DNA from: Pseudomonadota bacterium
GTDB lineage: Bacteria > Pseudomonadota > Gammaproteobacteria > Steroidobacterales > MnTg04
Assembly (NCBI GenBank): GCA_022572885.1
Contig: JACZVC010000011.1
Coordinates: 1,055 to 65,054 of the forward strand
Direction of reading: 5' to 3'
Length of the DNA: 64,000 bases
Shown here piece after piece: positions 62,674-64,000 of the stretch. The notes under the pieces are model-generated. The model was given only the letters and a program-made list of their open reading frames with translations, searched no databases and was not told where the DNA came from. Position numbers and translations under genes: made by a program. Within the stretch, counting starts at the first letter, position 1. Every line of letters begins with the position of its first letter.

Positions 62674-64000
62674 ATGAACCATCCCAGCGCCAAACCAATA
62701 TTGTATCTGCTGATCGTGGCGCTCACGGCAGTGCCGGCATTACCCGCCGGGAGCGATACATCGAAGGGTAGCCCGTTTGTCGATTTCACCGCCGCGAGCG
62801 GGCTCGATTTCATCCACTTCAACGGCATGTCCGGAGAGTTGTATTACGCGGAGATGATGGGGCCGGGCGCCGCCCTGTTCGACTATGACAACGACGGCGA
62901 CCTGGATATTTACCTGGTGCAGGGCGCAATGCTTGGTGCAGACAAAGAGATTTCCGCGGCGACTTTCCTACCGCAACATGAGCTACCGCTGACCGATCGC
63001 CTGTATCGCAACGATTATGGTGACGGTGGCTCGGATCTTGTCCGTTTCACCGATGTCACGAAAGCGGCCGGCATCGCAGCGTCGGCGTACGGCATGGGTG
63101 TCGCTGCCGGTGATTTCGATAACGACGGGCATGTCGACCTGTATATCAGCAATTTCGGCCCGAACCAGCTATTGCGTAACAATGGCGATGGCACCTTCAC
63201 CGATGTAACCGCAGCCGCCGGCGTCGGCGATCCGGCGTGGAGCGTCAGCAGCAGTTTTGTCGATTACGATGGCGATGGCCTGCTCGATATCTATGTCGGC
63301 AATTACGTGGATTACACGATCGCCGGCAACAAGCCTTGCCGGTCGACGACCAGCGCCAGGGATTACTGCTCACCCAAGGTGTACCGGCCGCAAAACGACA
63401 CCTTGTACCGGAACCTGGGCAACGGCAGCTTTGCCGATGTCAGCCGGGTAGCTGGAATCCATGCAGTGACCGGTGGCGCGCTCGGGGTCGTTGCCGCCGA
63501 TTTCAACGGCGATATGACGATCGACATCTACGTGGCCAACGATGGCGTGCCGAACCAGTTGTGGATCAATGACGGGGAAGGGCGGTTTCACGATGAGGCG
63601 TATTTGTCGGGAGTCGCCGTGAACATGGACGGTGCGCCGGAGGCCAGCATGGGCGTGGCTGCCGCCGATTTTGACGGCGATGGCGACCTGGATCTGCTGA
63701 TGACGCACCTGGCGCGGGAAACCAACACGCTGTATGTCAACGATGGCAGCGGCTGGTTCGAGGACCGAACGGCGACCGCCGGTCTGGCGGGCGCCAGTTT
63801 TGCCTATACCGGTTTTGGCACGGTCTGGCTCGATTACGATAACGATGGCTGGCTGGATTTGTTTGTCGCCAACGGCGCAGTCACACGCAACCAGCAATTG
63901 GTCGATCTCGGCGATCCCCATCCGCTCGGGCAGAAGAACCAGCTTTTTCGCAATACGGGGAACGCGCAATTCAAGCTGTTCGAGTTCGCCGATGAGCCGG
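62674..64000 (+). CDS. FG-GAP/VCBS repeat protein of the CRTAC1 (ASPIC/UnbV) type, 3' end beyond the window
   Basis: I read this frame by hand from ATG 62674 to the window end and found no stop. Signal peptide MNHPSAKPILYLLIVALTAVPALPA. Repeated Ca-binding-like D.DNDGD.D motifs (FDYDNDGDLDIY, GDFDNDGHVDLY, VDYDGDGLLDIY, ADFNGDMTIDIY, ADFDGDGDLDLL, LDYDNDGWLDLF) and N.L(Y/F)RN spacers. It is absent from the ORF track because it has no stop in the window. Confidence 0.88.
   Translation, partial: MNHPSAKPILYLLIVALTAVPALPAGSDTSKGSPFVDFTAASGLDFIHFNGMSGELYYAEMMGPGAALFDYDNDGDLDIYLVQGAMLGADKEISAATFLPQHELPLTDRLYRNDYGDGGSDLVRFTDVTKAAGIAASAYGMGVAAGDFDNDGHVDLYISNFGPNQLLRNNGDGTFTDVTAAAGVGDPAWSVSSSFVDYDGDGLLDIYVGNYVDYTIAGNKPCRSTTSARDYCSPKVYRPQNDTLYRNLGNGSFADVSRVAGIHAVTGGALGVVAADFNGDMTIDIYVANDGVPNQLWINDGEGRFHDEAYLSGVAVNMDGAPEASMGVAAADFDGDGDLDLLMTHLARETNTLYVNDGSGWFEDRTATAGLAGASFAYTGFGTVWLDYDNDGWLDLFVANGAVTRNQQLVDLGDPHPLGQKNQLFRNTGNAQFKLFEFADEP

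Overview
Gene-dense 64-kb chromosomal window with about 60 supportable CDS. Synteny suggests a gammaproteobacterial-type genome (ffs-dnaX-ybaB-recR-HIT, M48 peptidase-rsgA divergent from orn, divergent ppsA/ppsR); that taxonomic call is inference only. I found no rRNA, tRNA or CRISPR array. One ncRNA is not visible in the ORF track: an SRP/4.5S RNA at about 13422-13530, just upstream of dnaX. The first ~7 kb looks accessory. A ~30-bp hairpin repeat (GTCCGCTTT-N7-AAGCGGAC) sits at every gene boundary there. This region also holds a 212-aa catalytic-domain-only tyrosine recombinase, several orphan lipoprotein genes, an AT-rich gene and a complete IS6-family element with perfect 18-bp inverted repeats. 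More copies of the hairpin repeat occur at 20.9 kb, upstream of a lower-GC TonB-dependent receptor gene. The rest is housekeeping plus envelope functions. There are two RND efflux loci: one with permease before adaptor, and one four-gene operon with two paralogous adaptors and two different permeases. Neither locus has an outer-membrane factor gene in the window. Other content includes two paralogous TM/TolB-like/TPR proteins, Prc protease, an M28 peptidase, an amidohydrolase, a TPR/GT41 glycosyltransferase, an AI-2E transporter and a DsbA-like oxidoreductase. A divergent cluster holds two small two-EF-hand proteins flanking an esterase, a zinc-ribbon membrane protein and a beta-helical repeat protein. 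An open-ended FG-GAP/CRTAC1-type gene (62674 to the window end) is missing from the ORF track. Several ORF-track starts are too long and are re-assigned here. My best candidates for an undescribed system are the hairpin-repeat/small-recombinase mosaic, the dual-adaptor/dual-permease RND operon and the EF-hand cluster. All three are hypotheses I cannot test without searches.
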